From a bacterium (GTDB lineage: Bacteria > Hinthialibacterota > Hinthialibacteria > Hinthialibacterales > Hinthialibacteraceae), in NCBI GenBank assembly GCA_041946805.1, contig JBHGBC010000048.1, positions 1 to 38,088 on the forward strand: a stretch of DNA of 38,088 bases. Direction: 5' to 3'. This document shows, one piece after another, positions 10,641 to 19,744 of this stretch. Below the pieces are notes generated by a model. That model searched no databases, had not been told where the DNA came from, and saw only the letters and a program-made list of their open reading frames with translations. How positions within the stretch are numbered: the first letter of the stretch is position 1; every line of letters starts with the position of its first letter. The position numbers were made by a program, and so were the translations under genes.

Positions 10641-11217
10641 GGTTCTCAACCCGAATCATGGAATAAATGGAATCCATTTTCAGAAAAACCAGCTCGTCCC
10701 GCCAGGTATCCCAGGCTGGACGAAACACAAAGGAAGCACGTCTAGAACTATCCCAACGGACTCATTGCATCCCATACATCTTTTTATCACGATAACAAAA
10801 AGCAACTTAAAAATCAAGCTTAAAATGAAGGGATTAAGGCTAAAGGAAGGAAGAGGTTGGCTTTGATCCACCAGCCATCCCAACGGCGTAACCGGCAATG
10901 CGCGGCCAACAGATCCATCTACCGTGCATCACCTGCTGATCCGCCTGCCAAAATGAATGGACTGATGGTCCGATCAACCAGTCTGGTTCATCGTGGTAAT
11001 CCTCATTTTGGTAAATGGTATCCATGCGAAAGTAGATGCATACAACGTACCGGAGTGAAGGGAACAGAACGTAATTTCATTAAAATCAGCGACTTGCACA
11101 TCAAGCGATTTCATCCCTCCATTCGAGAGGATCATCCCGCGAGGAAATCGGCAACCGGATTCATCCCTACATATCTGTATGAGTTGACGTAGTACAGGGA
11201 GAATTTCCTTTATATTA

Positions 11218-11246
11218 TTGACATGATTTATAAACATTATTAAGAT
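11218..11246 (+). promoter_or_regulatory. Near-consensus sigma70-type promoter facing the large secreted-protein block
   Basis: TTGACA (11218-11223), 17-nt spacer, TAAGAT (11241-11246) in an AT-rich patch, about 390 nt upstream of the ATG at 11636. Confidence 0.7.
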
Positions 11247-11635
11247 TCCCCAAACACCCACCTTGGTTTCAACTCCATCGTCAGGCGTATGCAGGTTTCC
11301 CTCGGCTCATCTGTCTACCCGCATCCATCGGGGTGGAACTCGGGAATGCTGTGGTTCAGACCATTCAAGCCAGGGGATTCCGACTATCCGGTTAATTGAT
11401 CGTTGGGGGATCAAGAATCGACCAGCAATCGGTTTTGCCGGCATCGTGGACACTCATCCAGCTTTCAACACGTCTCTTCAACCTAAGCCGTTGTGAACGT
11501 AAATGCTGTCAAGAGAATATCTTGGCTGAAACTAAAGGTGTTTTATCCGATTCATCATATAAACAAGTAAATATTTAATATTGATTTTGTAACGGCCCTT
11601 CCCATATATAGGGAACTAGCCGCAGGAGCAGAGGA

Positions 11636-14600
11636 ATGACATTGCAACAGTATCAAAGCTGGTCACACAAGATGCGGGTGGCGGGATGGATTTTCGTGAC
11701 GTTGGGTTTGCTGACCCTGGGTTCGCCGGCCAAGGGATTCCCAGAGGAATCAGCGCCTGTACAGTCTTCGACGGACTCGAAACTGCAACCGGCCCAGGTC
11801 ATTTTCCCACCCGTGCAGCCGCCGGTCTTTCAACCGACCCGGCCGCCCATTCTCATTGATCCCACATTTATTATTCCGATTTTTACTCGCACCCCCACCC
11901 CCACGCCCAGCCCGACGCCTTCTCCCACACCGATCCCGGTGCTGGACATCGGCTTCCATTTCGCGAGCCTGGACACGGACAAGATCGTGCATTCCATCGC
12001 GGGGCTCGACGCGGTGCGGGGCATGTATGAAATTTTCGTGCTGACCTCCCCCCCGTCGAGTCTGCCCATCACCACCACGTTCGAGTTGGTCAATTCGGCC
12101 AACGCCGTGGTGAAGACCTGGACCCGGGACGAGGTGCTGAGCCAGGAGGGGAATCCGGCCACGTACACCAAGAGTTTTCAGTACGAATTTCCCATCACGC
12201 TGGAGGACCAGCTGCCGCTGGACACCTACCGGATGCGGATTTCGATGACGCTGCACAAGGACCAGATCGATCCGCCCGCGCCGGAGGGCTACATCCTGGA
12301 TCCCAACGAAGCCAACAACACCGCGGAGACCAATACCCAAAAAATCCTGCATATTTCGGGGCGGATGACGTTCGACGACATCGAGACCACCCTGAGCAGC
12401 GTGAGCGCGTTCGATTTCATGCCGTTGAAACTCAGCGGCCAGACGGAATGGGACGCGGGGACGCCGGTGATTTCCGTGCCCTTCACGGACCTGTTTTGCG
12501 ACCGGGAGGCCGGCACGCTCGATCTCACCGTGACGAACGGCTCGGCGCCGTTCACACCTCCATCGGATCCCTACCAGCCGGATGGGGCGTCCTGGGCGTA
12601 CCGTTATTACAATGGCGAGCTCAACCAAGGCGGGGCGTTCGCCTTCATCGCCACGGTGATGCCGTCCGGCCTGGGTTTCCGGGTCACGGCCAGCCAGGGT
12701 TTCGTTTATGCGGACAAACTGTTCCCCCTGGGCAATTTGAAACTGAAACAGGACTTGCAGTTGGCTTCCACGGCGGTGAATTCGCCGCTCACGATCACCT
12801 GGTCGTATGAAAGCCTGGGCTTCGTGATCCAGTCCGACAGCCAGGTCTTCGACTACACCCGGGGCTATATTTTGAACAATCCCAAGCCGGTGTACCGCTT
12901 CACGCCCCAATTCACGGCGGGATTCGGGCCGGGGGTGCGGGGGTCCAACTGTGGCTACCTGCAGGGGAACATCAGTCTCAACGGCGAAGTGTTGATTGAA
13001 GCCGCTGGGATCAAGGCCAACCTGGTGTCGGATCCGGTCACCTACAATGCCGCGTATCCCTACAAGGCCCAGACCACGCTGACCGAGAACTCGCTGACCA
13101 TCCAGTCGGGGAGAATCCAGGCGGGGCTGTCGCAAGCGCAAAGCCTCAAGATCCTGATGGCGGTGAACCAAAGCGGCTGCGCGAGTTCGATCGTCAACGT
13201 GAACGCCATCTTCACAGGGCAGGCGTCGTTCGCCGGGGACGGATCGTTCGCGGCGGATAGCGCCATGACCGCGGCTGTCGATCCGGACTTCAACACCTAC
13301 AATTTCCAGCCGGTCAGCCAGGGGGCGTGGTACCAGCCGGGCCTTTTGCTGCCGGCCAATGGCATGAAGAACGGGACCGACGTGGCGGAGTACCTGCAGG
13401 CCATGCGGGAACGCGCGGAACCCACGCTGCGCAGCTACGGCGCGGCCGCTTTCACCAATGGGACGGGCATGTTCGCGGGCCTGAACCTGATGCCGGAAGT
13501 GTTCCAGGGCCAGCCCTTCACCGCCCGGATCGACGTGAACACGCTGGATTTCACGAGCACGGAATGGACCAAGTTGTACGTCCGGCCCGGGGGGTATTCG
13601 GGGGTGGTGGACGCGCAAAGCGCGGGGCAGGCCTTCCAGATCTACGCCGATCCGGAATGCGGGGGCGACGGGTATGACATCAAGTTGACCTCATTCGGGC
13701 AGGCGTATCTCGACAACGACTCGAGCGGCCTGTCTTCGACCATCGACGGACAGATCGACATCCCCTGGCCCGCCGGGATCACGGTGCCCTTCGAGGACAT
13801 GACGCTCAACGGATGCGGCAATTTCACAGGCGGCCAGGTTCCCGCCGACGCACAAAAGGAAACCCGTACGCTGGCCTATTGGCAGGCGGATTTGCGGGTG
13901 CTGACCTTCGCCTTCAACCTGCGCCAGGGAGCGGTGAACGACAACGAGCGGACGTTGTGGATCTCCAGCAAGAACACCATCGCCAACCTGGATGACAAGC
14001 CCCTGATGCAGATCGACATCCGGCCCTGCGGCACCATCCGCGACTCCAAGATCGAAAGCGCGCTGTTGACCCGGTACGACGGGTACAAAACCACGATCCA
14101 GAAAATCTACCTGTCCACGTATGACGGGACCAACAGCCCCAACGGGTTCTACAACCTGGTGGGCGACCTGGTGGTGTCGTTCTTCAATCCCCCCAAGATC
14201 CACGTGCTGGTGAGGGGCCTGGTGGGAGAGATCGTGGACGGTGATCCCTGGTTCAAAATGCCCGATCCGGACGCGGACCGGAACGGGTTCCCCTCCACGG
14301 TCAGTATCTCCGCGGGGCCGATCGAAGCCCAGTTCGCGGAGTACGTGAAGGAAGCGCCGGTCAACGTGCAGACCGAGTTCGCCAACATCATCGATCTGCA
14401 ATACCAGATCGAATACAACAAGACGAAGAAGGAATTCACCAGCACCGCGCCGCTGCAGCAGAACTTGATTGTCATCGACATCAAATCGGCGGTGGAATAC
14501 CTGAACGCCTCCAAGACCGAGATCAGCTTCGGAGTGGAAATCGGCAGCCTGCCGGAATTGAACCTCAGCAGCGCCGCCTCGCAATTCACCGGGGCGATCC

Positions 14601-16417
14601 AGAACACGTTCCTGGGACCGGTGCGGGACCAGCTGGACGAGGTGTCGGACAAACTCACCGGCGACCTGACCACGTTCATCCGGCCGCCCCTCAAGGGCCT
14701 GATCAAGCCGCAGGTCCAGGCCATGCTCAACGCGATGAAAAGCCAGCTGAACGCGCTGGATCCCAGCCAGTACGCCAACTACATCAACAGCCTCGATTTC
14801 CAAAATCAACTGACCGGCCTGTTCGCCGCGATCAACTTCAACAACGTGCTGCGCAACCAGGATGTCATGCCGGCGGTGAATCTCATCCAGGACGTGATCC
14901 AGAAGATCGAGGCGGTCAGCACCATCCTGCATTACAACCCGGCGGATCTCACCAATCAGCTGGGGCCCCTGGTGCAGACGCTGATGGACATGGCCCTGCA
15001 GCTGCTCCAAGCCAGCACCGGCTATGACCTTAACCAGGTCCTGCAGCCGGTGCAGCAAGTGGTCAACGAGATCAACCACATCCTGGATACGGAAATCCTG
15101 CCGCTGCTGGACAACGCCAAGACGTTTTTCGACAATCCGACGGTCTATCTCGACCAATTCTTCAAACCGGCGGATATCACCGCCTATGTAACGAACATCC
15201 AGAACGCGCTCAAAACCAGCCTGCTCAGCGTGGCCAACAGCACACCCGCCCAATTGAAATATGTCTCCGCCGATCAGGTGACCGACGCGATCCTCAACGC
15301 CCTGTTCAACACGCAGATGTTCCAGAAATTGAACAACACCCTGGTCACGCAGCTGTTCCCCATCAAGGACGCGCTGCTGGACCAGGCGCAGGAGATACTG
15401 GACTCGGTGAACGACGCGGTGGCCGATTTCATCAAGACCAACCTGGGCGATGTCATCGATGGCGTCGCCGCGGCCATCAAGGACACGGTCGGCTTCAAGG
15501 GCGCGTCGATGAAAGGTTACGCCATCATCAGCGGGAACATCATGGAGAAACTGCACATCGACGGCAATTTCAGCATGTCCACGCCGGAATTCACCTTCGC
15601 GGCCTACCTGGACATGACCCGCTACCAGGTGAGCAACTCCGGGAAGAACTGTTTCGCCAACCTCAGCGGGGAAGATGTCATCGATTGCCGCATCGGGGCC
15701 AAGGATGTCGATCTGGGATTCACGGGATCCAGCCTGACCGCCGAGAAGATCGAAATCAAACTGATGATCAGCGGCGGGAAACTGGTGAACGTGGGGGGAA
15801 CCCTGCAAACCAAGGGGACGCTGGGCTTCGAGTCGTTCCAAATTCAGAATCCCTCGTTCGGCGTGGCGGCGGGCCAGGTGGAGAATTATTTCTGGGCCAG
15901 CATGGCGGTGAAGTTCGACGGCTACGTGTTGAAAGGGGGCATCTTCCTGGGGATCAGTTGCGACCTGGAGCCGCTGAAGATCATCGATCCCGAAGTGGCC
16001 TCCCTGCTCACCATCACCGAAATGCGGGGGATTTATCTAAGCGTGGGCGGCAGCTTCCCGATCATCAACTTCGGCTGCCTGCTGCGCGTGGGCGCCTCGG
16101 CGGAGGTGGCCTTCTGGTATTTCGTGGACGGCCCCACCTATGGCGGGAAAATCAAGGCCGGGGCATACGGGGAAGCCGCCTGCATCGTGAGCGTCAAGGG
16201 CATGCTGTCGCTGATCGGCGGGAAGGATCCCAGCGGGCCCTTCTTCAAGGGCACCGCCTGGGTGGGCGGCGGGATCGGCTTCTGTGATCCGGAGGATTGG
16301 AACTCGGCCGCCGACGTGCTCGACGACGACTGGTGCATTGCCTGCGTGGCCGAATTCTTCCTGATCTACAAGAACGAAGACTGGGACGCGGACTATGACA
16401 TCGATTGCAGTTTGTAG
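11636..16417 (+). CDS. Very large secreted hypothetical protein (1593 aa)
   Basis: Long ORF with strong GC3 bias and AGGAG/GAGG upstream. Signal-peptide-like MRVAGWIFVTLGLLTLGSPAKG, Pro/Thr linker, CARDB-like ending DPNEANN, long beta-rich region, ~300 aa amphipathic helical segment and Gly/Cys-rich beta C-terminus. The gene is certain, the function unknown. Confidence 0.9.
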   Translation: MTLQQYQSWSHKMRVAGWIFVTLGLLTLGSPAKGFPEESAPVQSSTDSKLQPAQVIFPPVQPPVFQPTRPPILIDPTFIIPIFTRTPTPTPSPTPSPTPIPVLDIGFHFASLDTDKIVHSIAGLDAVRGMYEIFVLTSPPSSLPITTTFELVNSANAVVKTWTRDEVLSQEGNPATYTKSFQYEFPITLEDQLPLDTYRMRISMTLHKDQIDPPAPEGYILDPNEANNTAETNTQKILHISGRMTFDDIETTLSSVSAFDFMPLKLSGQTEWDAGTPVISVPFTDLFCDREAGTLDLTVTNGSAPFTPPSDPYQPDGASWAYRYYNGELNQGGAFAFIATVMPSGLGFRVTASQGFVYADKLFPLGNLKLKQDLQLASTAVNSPLTITWSYESLGFVIQSDSQVFDYTRGYILNNPKPVYRFTPQFTAGFGPGVRGSNCGYLQGNISLNGEVLIEAAGIKANLVSDPVTYNAAYPYKAQTTLTENSLTIQSGRIQAGLSQAQSLKILMAVNQSGCASSIVNVNAIFTGQASFAGDGSFAADSAMTAAVDPDFNTYNFQPVSQGAWYQPGLLLPANGMKNGTDVAEYLQAMRERAEPTLRSYGAAAFTNGTGMFAGLNLMPEVFQGQPFTARIDVNTLDFTSTEWTKLYVRPGGYSGVVDAQSAGQAFQIYADPECGGDGYDIKLTSFGQAYLDNDSSGLSSTIDGQIDIPWPAGITVPFEDMTLNGCGNFTGGQVPADAQKETRTLAYWQADLRVLTFAFNLRQGAVNDNERTLWISSKNTIANLDDKPLMQIDIRPCGTIRDSKIESALLTRYDGYKTTIQKIYLSTYDGTNSPNGFYNLVGDLVVSFFNPPKIHVLVRGLVGEIVDGDPWFKMPDPDADRNGFPSTVSISAGPIEAQFAEYVKEAPVNVQTEFANIIDLQYQIEYNKTKKEFTSTAPLQQNLIVIDIKSAVEYLNASKTEISFGVEIGSLPELNLSSAASQFTGAIQNTFLGPVRDQLDEVSDKLTGDLTTFIRPPLKGLIKPQVQAMLNAMKSQLNALDPSQYANYINSLDFQNQLTGLFAAINFNNVLRNQDVMPAVNLIQDVIQKIEAVSTILHYNPADLTNQLGPLVQTLMDMALQLLQASTGYDLNQVLQPVQQVVNEINHILDTEILPLLDNAKTFFDNPTVYLDQFFKPADITAYVTNIQNALKTSLLSVANSTPAQLKYVSADQVTDAILNALFNTQMFQKLNNTLVTQLFPIKDALLDQAQEILDSVNDAVADFIKTNLGDVIDGVAAAIKDTVGFKGASMKGYAIISGNIMEKLHIDGNFSMSTPEFTFAAYLDMTRYQVSNSGKNCFANLSGEDVIDCRIGAKDVDLGFTGSSLTAEKIEIKLMISGGKLVNVGGTLQTKGTLGFESFQIQNPSFGVAAGQVENYFWASMAVKFDGYVLKGGIFLGISCDLEPLKIIDPEVASLLTITEMRGIYLSVGGSFPIINFGCLLRVGASAEVAFWYFVDGPTYGGKIKAGAYGEAACIVSVKGMLSLIGGKDPSGPFFKGTAWVGGGIGFCDPEDWNSAADVLDDDWCIACVAEFFLIYKNEDWDADYDIDCSL

Positions 16418-16512
16418 GAACGAACCGGTGGGCGGTAGCCGGAAGGATAATCCCATGAATCCAACCGGAAAGCGAAAGCAACGAAATCCGGTTCTCCCCC
16501 GTCCATCGGGTA

Positions 16513-16580
16513 CAAAACCGGGGCCGGGACTTCAAAACCGGGGCATTCCCTCACCCTGCCCCTCTCCCAGGGGGAGAGGG
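16513..16580. repeat. REP-like intergenic element and short direct repeat
   Basis: CAAAACCGGGGC occurs twice (16513-16524, 16533-16544), followed by CCCTCACCCTGCCCCTCTCCC-agg-GGGAGAGGG (16548-16580), a hairpin of a type widely dispersed in bacterial genomes. Confidence 0.65.
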
Positions 16581-16708
16581 AACTTGGATAACACATCCCG
16601 CAAAGGGGCAACAAGTTCCGGCCGTTCCACCCAGGAAACCGCGCGCGCACTACCCGGATGAATCCGACGGAAAACGATATGGATGAAAACATGAACGGAG
16701 CCGATACG

Positions 16709-19700
16709 ATGATGAGGAACGCATCCCGACGCTGCGTAATAATCACACTGGCCGCATGGAGCCTGCTGGCGGGGGCCGTGGGACCCGGTCAGGCCGCGGA
16801 CCGTGGACATCTGTTTTTTCTGGCCTTGGCCGGCAGCCCGGTGGAAGGCAAAACCCCGGTGTTGCTCCGGTGGTTCTCGTTCGACGGATCGATCCCCGTG
16901 GACACCTACAGTATTTACCGGAAAGCGGGAGACGCCAACTCGGCCCAGCCGATGGAATTGGTGAGCGTCACCGGGCGGCTGCGCAACGCGCCCTTGATCC
17001 GCAGCATTTTCGAACAGCCGGCGGTGGACCGGGCCAAGGTGAACCTGCAGGAAATGCTGGCCTCCATGATGGATGAACCGGTCACCGACGATACCTTCGT
17101 CGATCAATTGCTGACCATCCTGGATGGAGACACGGGTTGCGATCAATGCGAATTCCGCGCCCGAATGCTGGTCAACGCCAACTACGGCGTGGCCATTGTG
17201 CAGGGCTTGGGGTACCTCGACCTGGTGACTCCCCAAACCTACACCTATGAATTACGGACTTCTCAGGGAGCCAACGGGACGGACGGCCTGGTATTGGGGC
17301 GGGTGACGATCGACGCCTCCCAGCCCACGAAGTTGGCCGCTCCGCAGCAGCCCACCCGCGTGGATGTCCCCGGCGAGCGGGGGAACTTGAAGATCTTCCT
17401 GAACTGGGATTTCAGTCCCGCATTGCGCGACCAACGCCAGGCGTTTTTTGGATACAACGTATACCGGGGTGATGGGGATCTCTCCGGCCAGGATTTCAAA
17501 ACCCTGATGTCACTGGGGCAGCTGAAGAAGATCAACCGCGTGCCGGTGTTGCCGCCTTCCCAGAACGCCTTGGGCACCGAGCCGGAAGACAAATACGTGT
17601 TCGTCGATGACAACATGGTCCTCGAAAAATCCGGGCCGGTGGGCACCCCCTTTGAAGCGGGCAAGACTTACACCTATTGGGTCGCGCCCATCGATCTGCT
17701 CGGCCAGGAGGGAGACCCCAGCCAGCCGGTGACCGCCACGGTGAAGGACCAAAGCGCGCCCGAGGTGCCCCGCGGATTGTCCACCCAGGTGGCGGATGTC
17801 AGCGGCGCCAAGCGGATCGTGTTGACCTGGGACCGCAACAGCGACGACGCGGTTGGATACCGGGTGTACCGCTTCCGTGAATGGGACCATGTCAGCAAGA
17901 AAGGCCCCTTCCCGCCCGTGAACGGCGTGGCGGAAGGATATATCACGGATGTCCCCCAGCCCGCGTCGGACAATCCTTTCTTTCTCGACACCACGATCAA
18001 CATCGCCCAGAATGAAAACGAGGCGTACTGGTATTGCGTCTCCGCGTTCGACGCGGCGGGCAACGAATCCGCGCTGTCGCCCCCGTTCCGGGGCGTGATC
18101 TTCGACAAGGAGCCGCCCGGCGCGCCGCAAATCGTGGACATATGCACAGCGTACAGCCTATGCAACCTGTTTATTGAATCAATCACACCCGAACCCAACC
18201 GGCCTCCCGCCACGCCCGGGAACGTGGTGGTGGAATTGGTGATCGAACGGCGGGACACGAACAATTCGCCCTTGCGGGTCATGGTGGAGCGCTTCACGCA
18301 AAATTTCGGGACGACCGCCAACCTGCCGCCGGTGATCGAAACCATTTTCGACGGACCCTATCCGGTGGACCGGAAATTGGTGGTCACGGATGAGATCCCC
18401 CAGCCGGGCCGGACGTTGCGGGTGTCTTACCAGGTAACCGTCTGGGGAGGCGATCTGGAACCGTGCGCCATGTATCAGATCCCCGACCCCAAGTGGTTCG
18501 ATTTGTATAACAAAAATATGTTGTCTGGCATCAGCCAGTCGGTGTTGTTGATTTTGACGACCGAAATCCAGATGCGGTGCGGGCATGGCGAGGGGGGCAC
18601 GCGGCCCCATGAGCCCTTCGATGACGCTGGCAATCCCCGGCCGGTGACCTTCCAGGTACCCCAGGCGGAAGACGCGGTGGGGGTGATCCTCTACCGCAGC
18701 CCGGATTGCGAAAACTATTTCCCCGTGGCGGAACAGCGTTTCAACGGAGCGCCCCTGTTGACGGTCGAAGATTATTTCACTCCCGCGCAGGGCGGCCGGA
18801 TTTGCTACGGCGTGCGGTATTTCGATGAAAACAACAACCGGGGGCCGATCTTTTATATTCCCACCCAGTTTCTCTTCCCCAGTTTACCGGATAGTAACGT
18901 GACGCCTTCCATGATCAGCGCCACGCCGCTGGGCGACGAAACCGCGCCCTCGTTCCAATTGAAGTGGTTCGGCTCCAACGTGGGGCTGGCCGGTTTCCGC
19001 ATCGAGATGGCCACCACGGACAAGTTTGATGGTCAATTGGCGTCCCTCACTTTATCGCCCAGCGATTATTCGTTCGACGCGGAAGACAACGAATTCGAGG
19101 CGGTGATCGACCGCGAGGACGAAACCACCAACGCGAAGATCCAGATCGACAAGAAATACTTCGTGCGGGCGGTCGCCCTGCGGCAAAACGGTGAGGAGCG
19201 GGTGAGCAACAATTCCCTGCCCTTCCTTTGGGCGGCGGATGTCACGCCCCATGAACACCCCGCCTGGCCGGTCCGGCCGCTGCCGCCCACGGATTCCAAA
19301 TTAATAGCGGCTTGGATCCCGCCTTTGGCGGCCGCCGAGGCTCCGCCGTTTTCCTACGGCGCGGCGCTGTGGATCGGCACGCTGGATTTCAGCGGCCAGA
19401 AGGAAGGCAACGCCGAATATTTCATCAAGCCGCCTTTCATCGTGTATCGCAAACGGCTCGATTTGCCCGGCAAAACCTATGTGCAAATCAGCCCGCTGAT
19501 CGACAGTATCACCTCTCCCTACCGTGATGTGCCTCAAGATCCCTTTGTCATCTCGAGAGTGGGAGTATTCAACCCGAATCAGTTTCCCGAACTGGCCAAC
19601 ACTCCCGGCATCTTTTACCTCGATACGACTGACCTGATCCTGGGCGCGCAATACGAATACCAGATCGTGAAACTGGACCCGAACACCGGGGAAATCGAAA

Positions 19701-19744
19701 AAGTCTTCGGGCCGTCCAATCCCGTGGAGGTTCAAAATCCATGA
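16709..19744 (+). CDS. Secreted fibronectin type III repeat protein (~1010 aa)
   Basis: Signal peptide MMRNASRRCVIITLAAWSLLAGAVGPGQA, with GGAG upstream of ATG 16709 (the ORF opens at 16658). Fn3 signatures IFLNW..GYNVYR..YTYWVAPIDLLGQEG and PEVPRGL..IVLTW..GYRVYR..YWYCVSAFDAAGNES, with more degenerate units downstream. The stop overlaps the next start (ATGA). Confidence 0.85.
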   Translation: MMRNASRRCVIITLAAWSLLAGAVGPGQAADRGHLFFLALAGSPVEGKTPVLLRWFSFDGSIPVDTYSIYRKAGDANSAQPMELVSVTGRLRNAPLIRSIFEQPAVDRAKVNLQEMLASMMDEPVTDDTFVDQLLTILDGDTGCDQCEFRARMLVNANYGVAIVQGLGYLDLVTPQTYTYELRTSQGANGTDGLVLGRVTIDASQPTKLAAPQQPTRVDVPGERGNLKIFLNWDFSPALRDQRQAFFGYNVYRGDGDLSGQDFKTLMSLGQLKKINRVPVLPPSQNALGTEPEDKYVFVDDNMVLEKSGPVGTPFEAGKTYTYWVAPIDLLGQEGDPSQPVTATVKDQSAPEVPRGLSTQVADVSGAKRIVLTWDRNSDDAVGYRVYRFREWDHVSKKGPFPPVNGVAEGYITDVPQPASDNPFFLDTTINIAQNENEAYWYCVSAFDAAGNESALSPPFRGVIFDKEPPGAPQIVDICTAYSLCNLFIESITPEPNRPPATPGNVVVELVIERRDTNNSPLRVMVERFTQNFGTTANLPPVIETIFDGPYPVDRKLVVTDEIPQPGRTLRVSYQVTVWGGDLEPCAMYQIPDPKWFDLYNKNMLSGISQSVLLILTTEIQMRCGHGEGGTRPHEPFDDAGNPRPVTFQVPQAEDAVGVILYRSPDCENYFPVAEQRFNGAPLLTVEDYFTPAQGGRICYGVRYFDENNNRGPIFYIPTQFLFPSLPDSNVTPSMISATPLGDETAPSFQLKWFGSNVGLAGFRIEMATTDKFDGQLASLTLSPSDYSFDAEDNEFEAVIDREDETTNAKIQIDKKYFVRAVALRQNGEERVSNNSLPFLWAADVTPHEHPAWPVRPLPPTDSKLIAAWIPPLAAAEAPPFSYGAALWIGTLDFSGQKEGNAEYFIKPPFIVYRKRLDLPGKTYVQISPLIDSITSPYRDVPQDPFVISRVGVFNPNQFPELANTPGIFYLDTTDLILGAQYEYQIVKLDPNTGEIEKVFGPSNPVEVQNP

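Noticed and set aside
10680..11578. Small ORFs (60-111 aa) and known riboswitches in the rlpA-operon spacer
   Set aside because: No codon bias, RBS or motifs support the ORFs, and I recognised no known riboswitch consensus by eye.
11750..15841. 622 aa and 716 aa minus-strand ORFs inside the 1593 aa gene
   Set aside because: Antisense mirror frames with R/V/G/H-rich composition typical of shadows of GC-biased genes.
17138..17152. Heme c attachment motif in the Fn3 protein
   Set aside because: The sequence is CDQCE, which lacks the His required for CxxCH.
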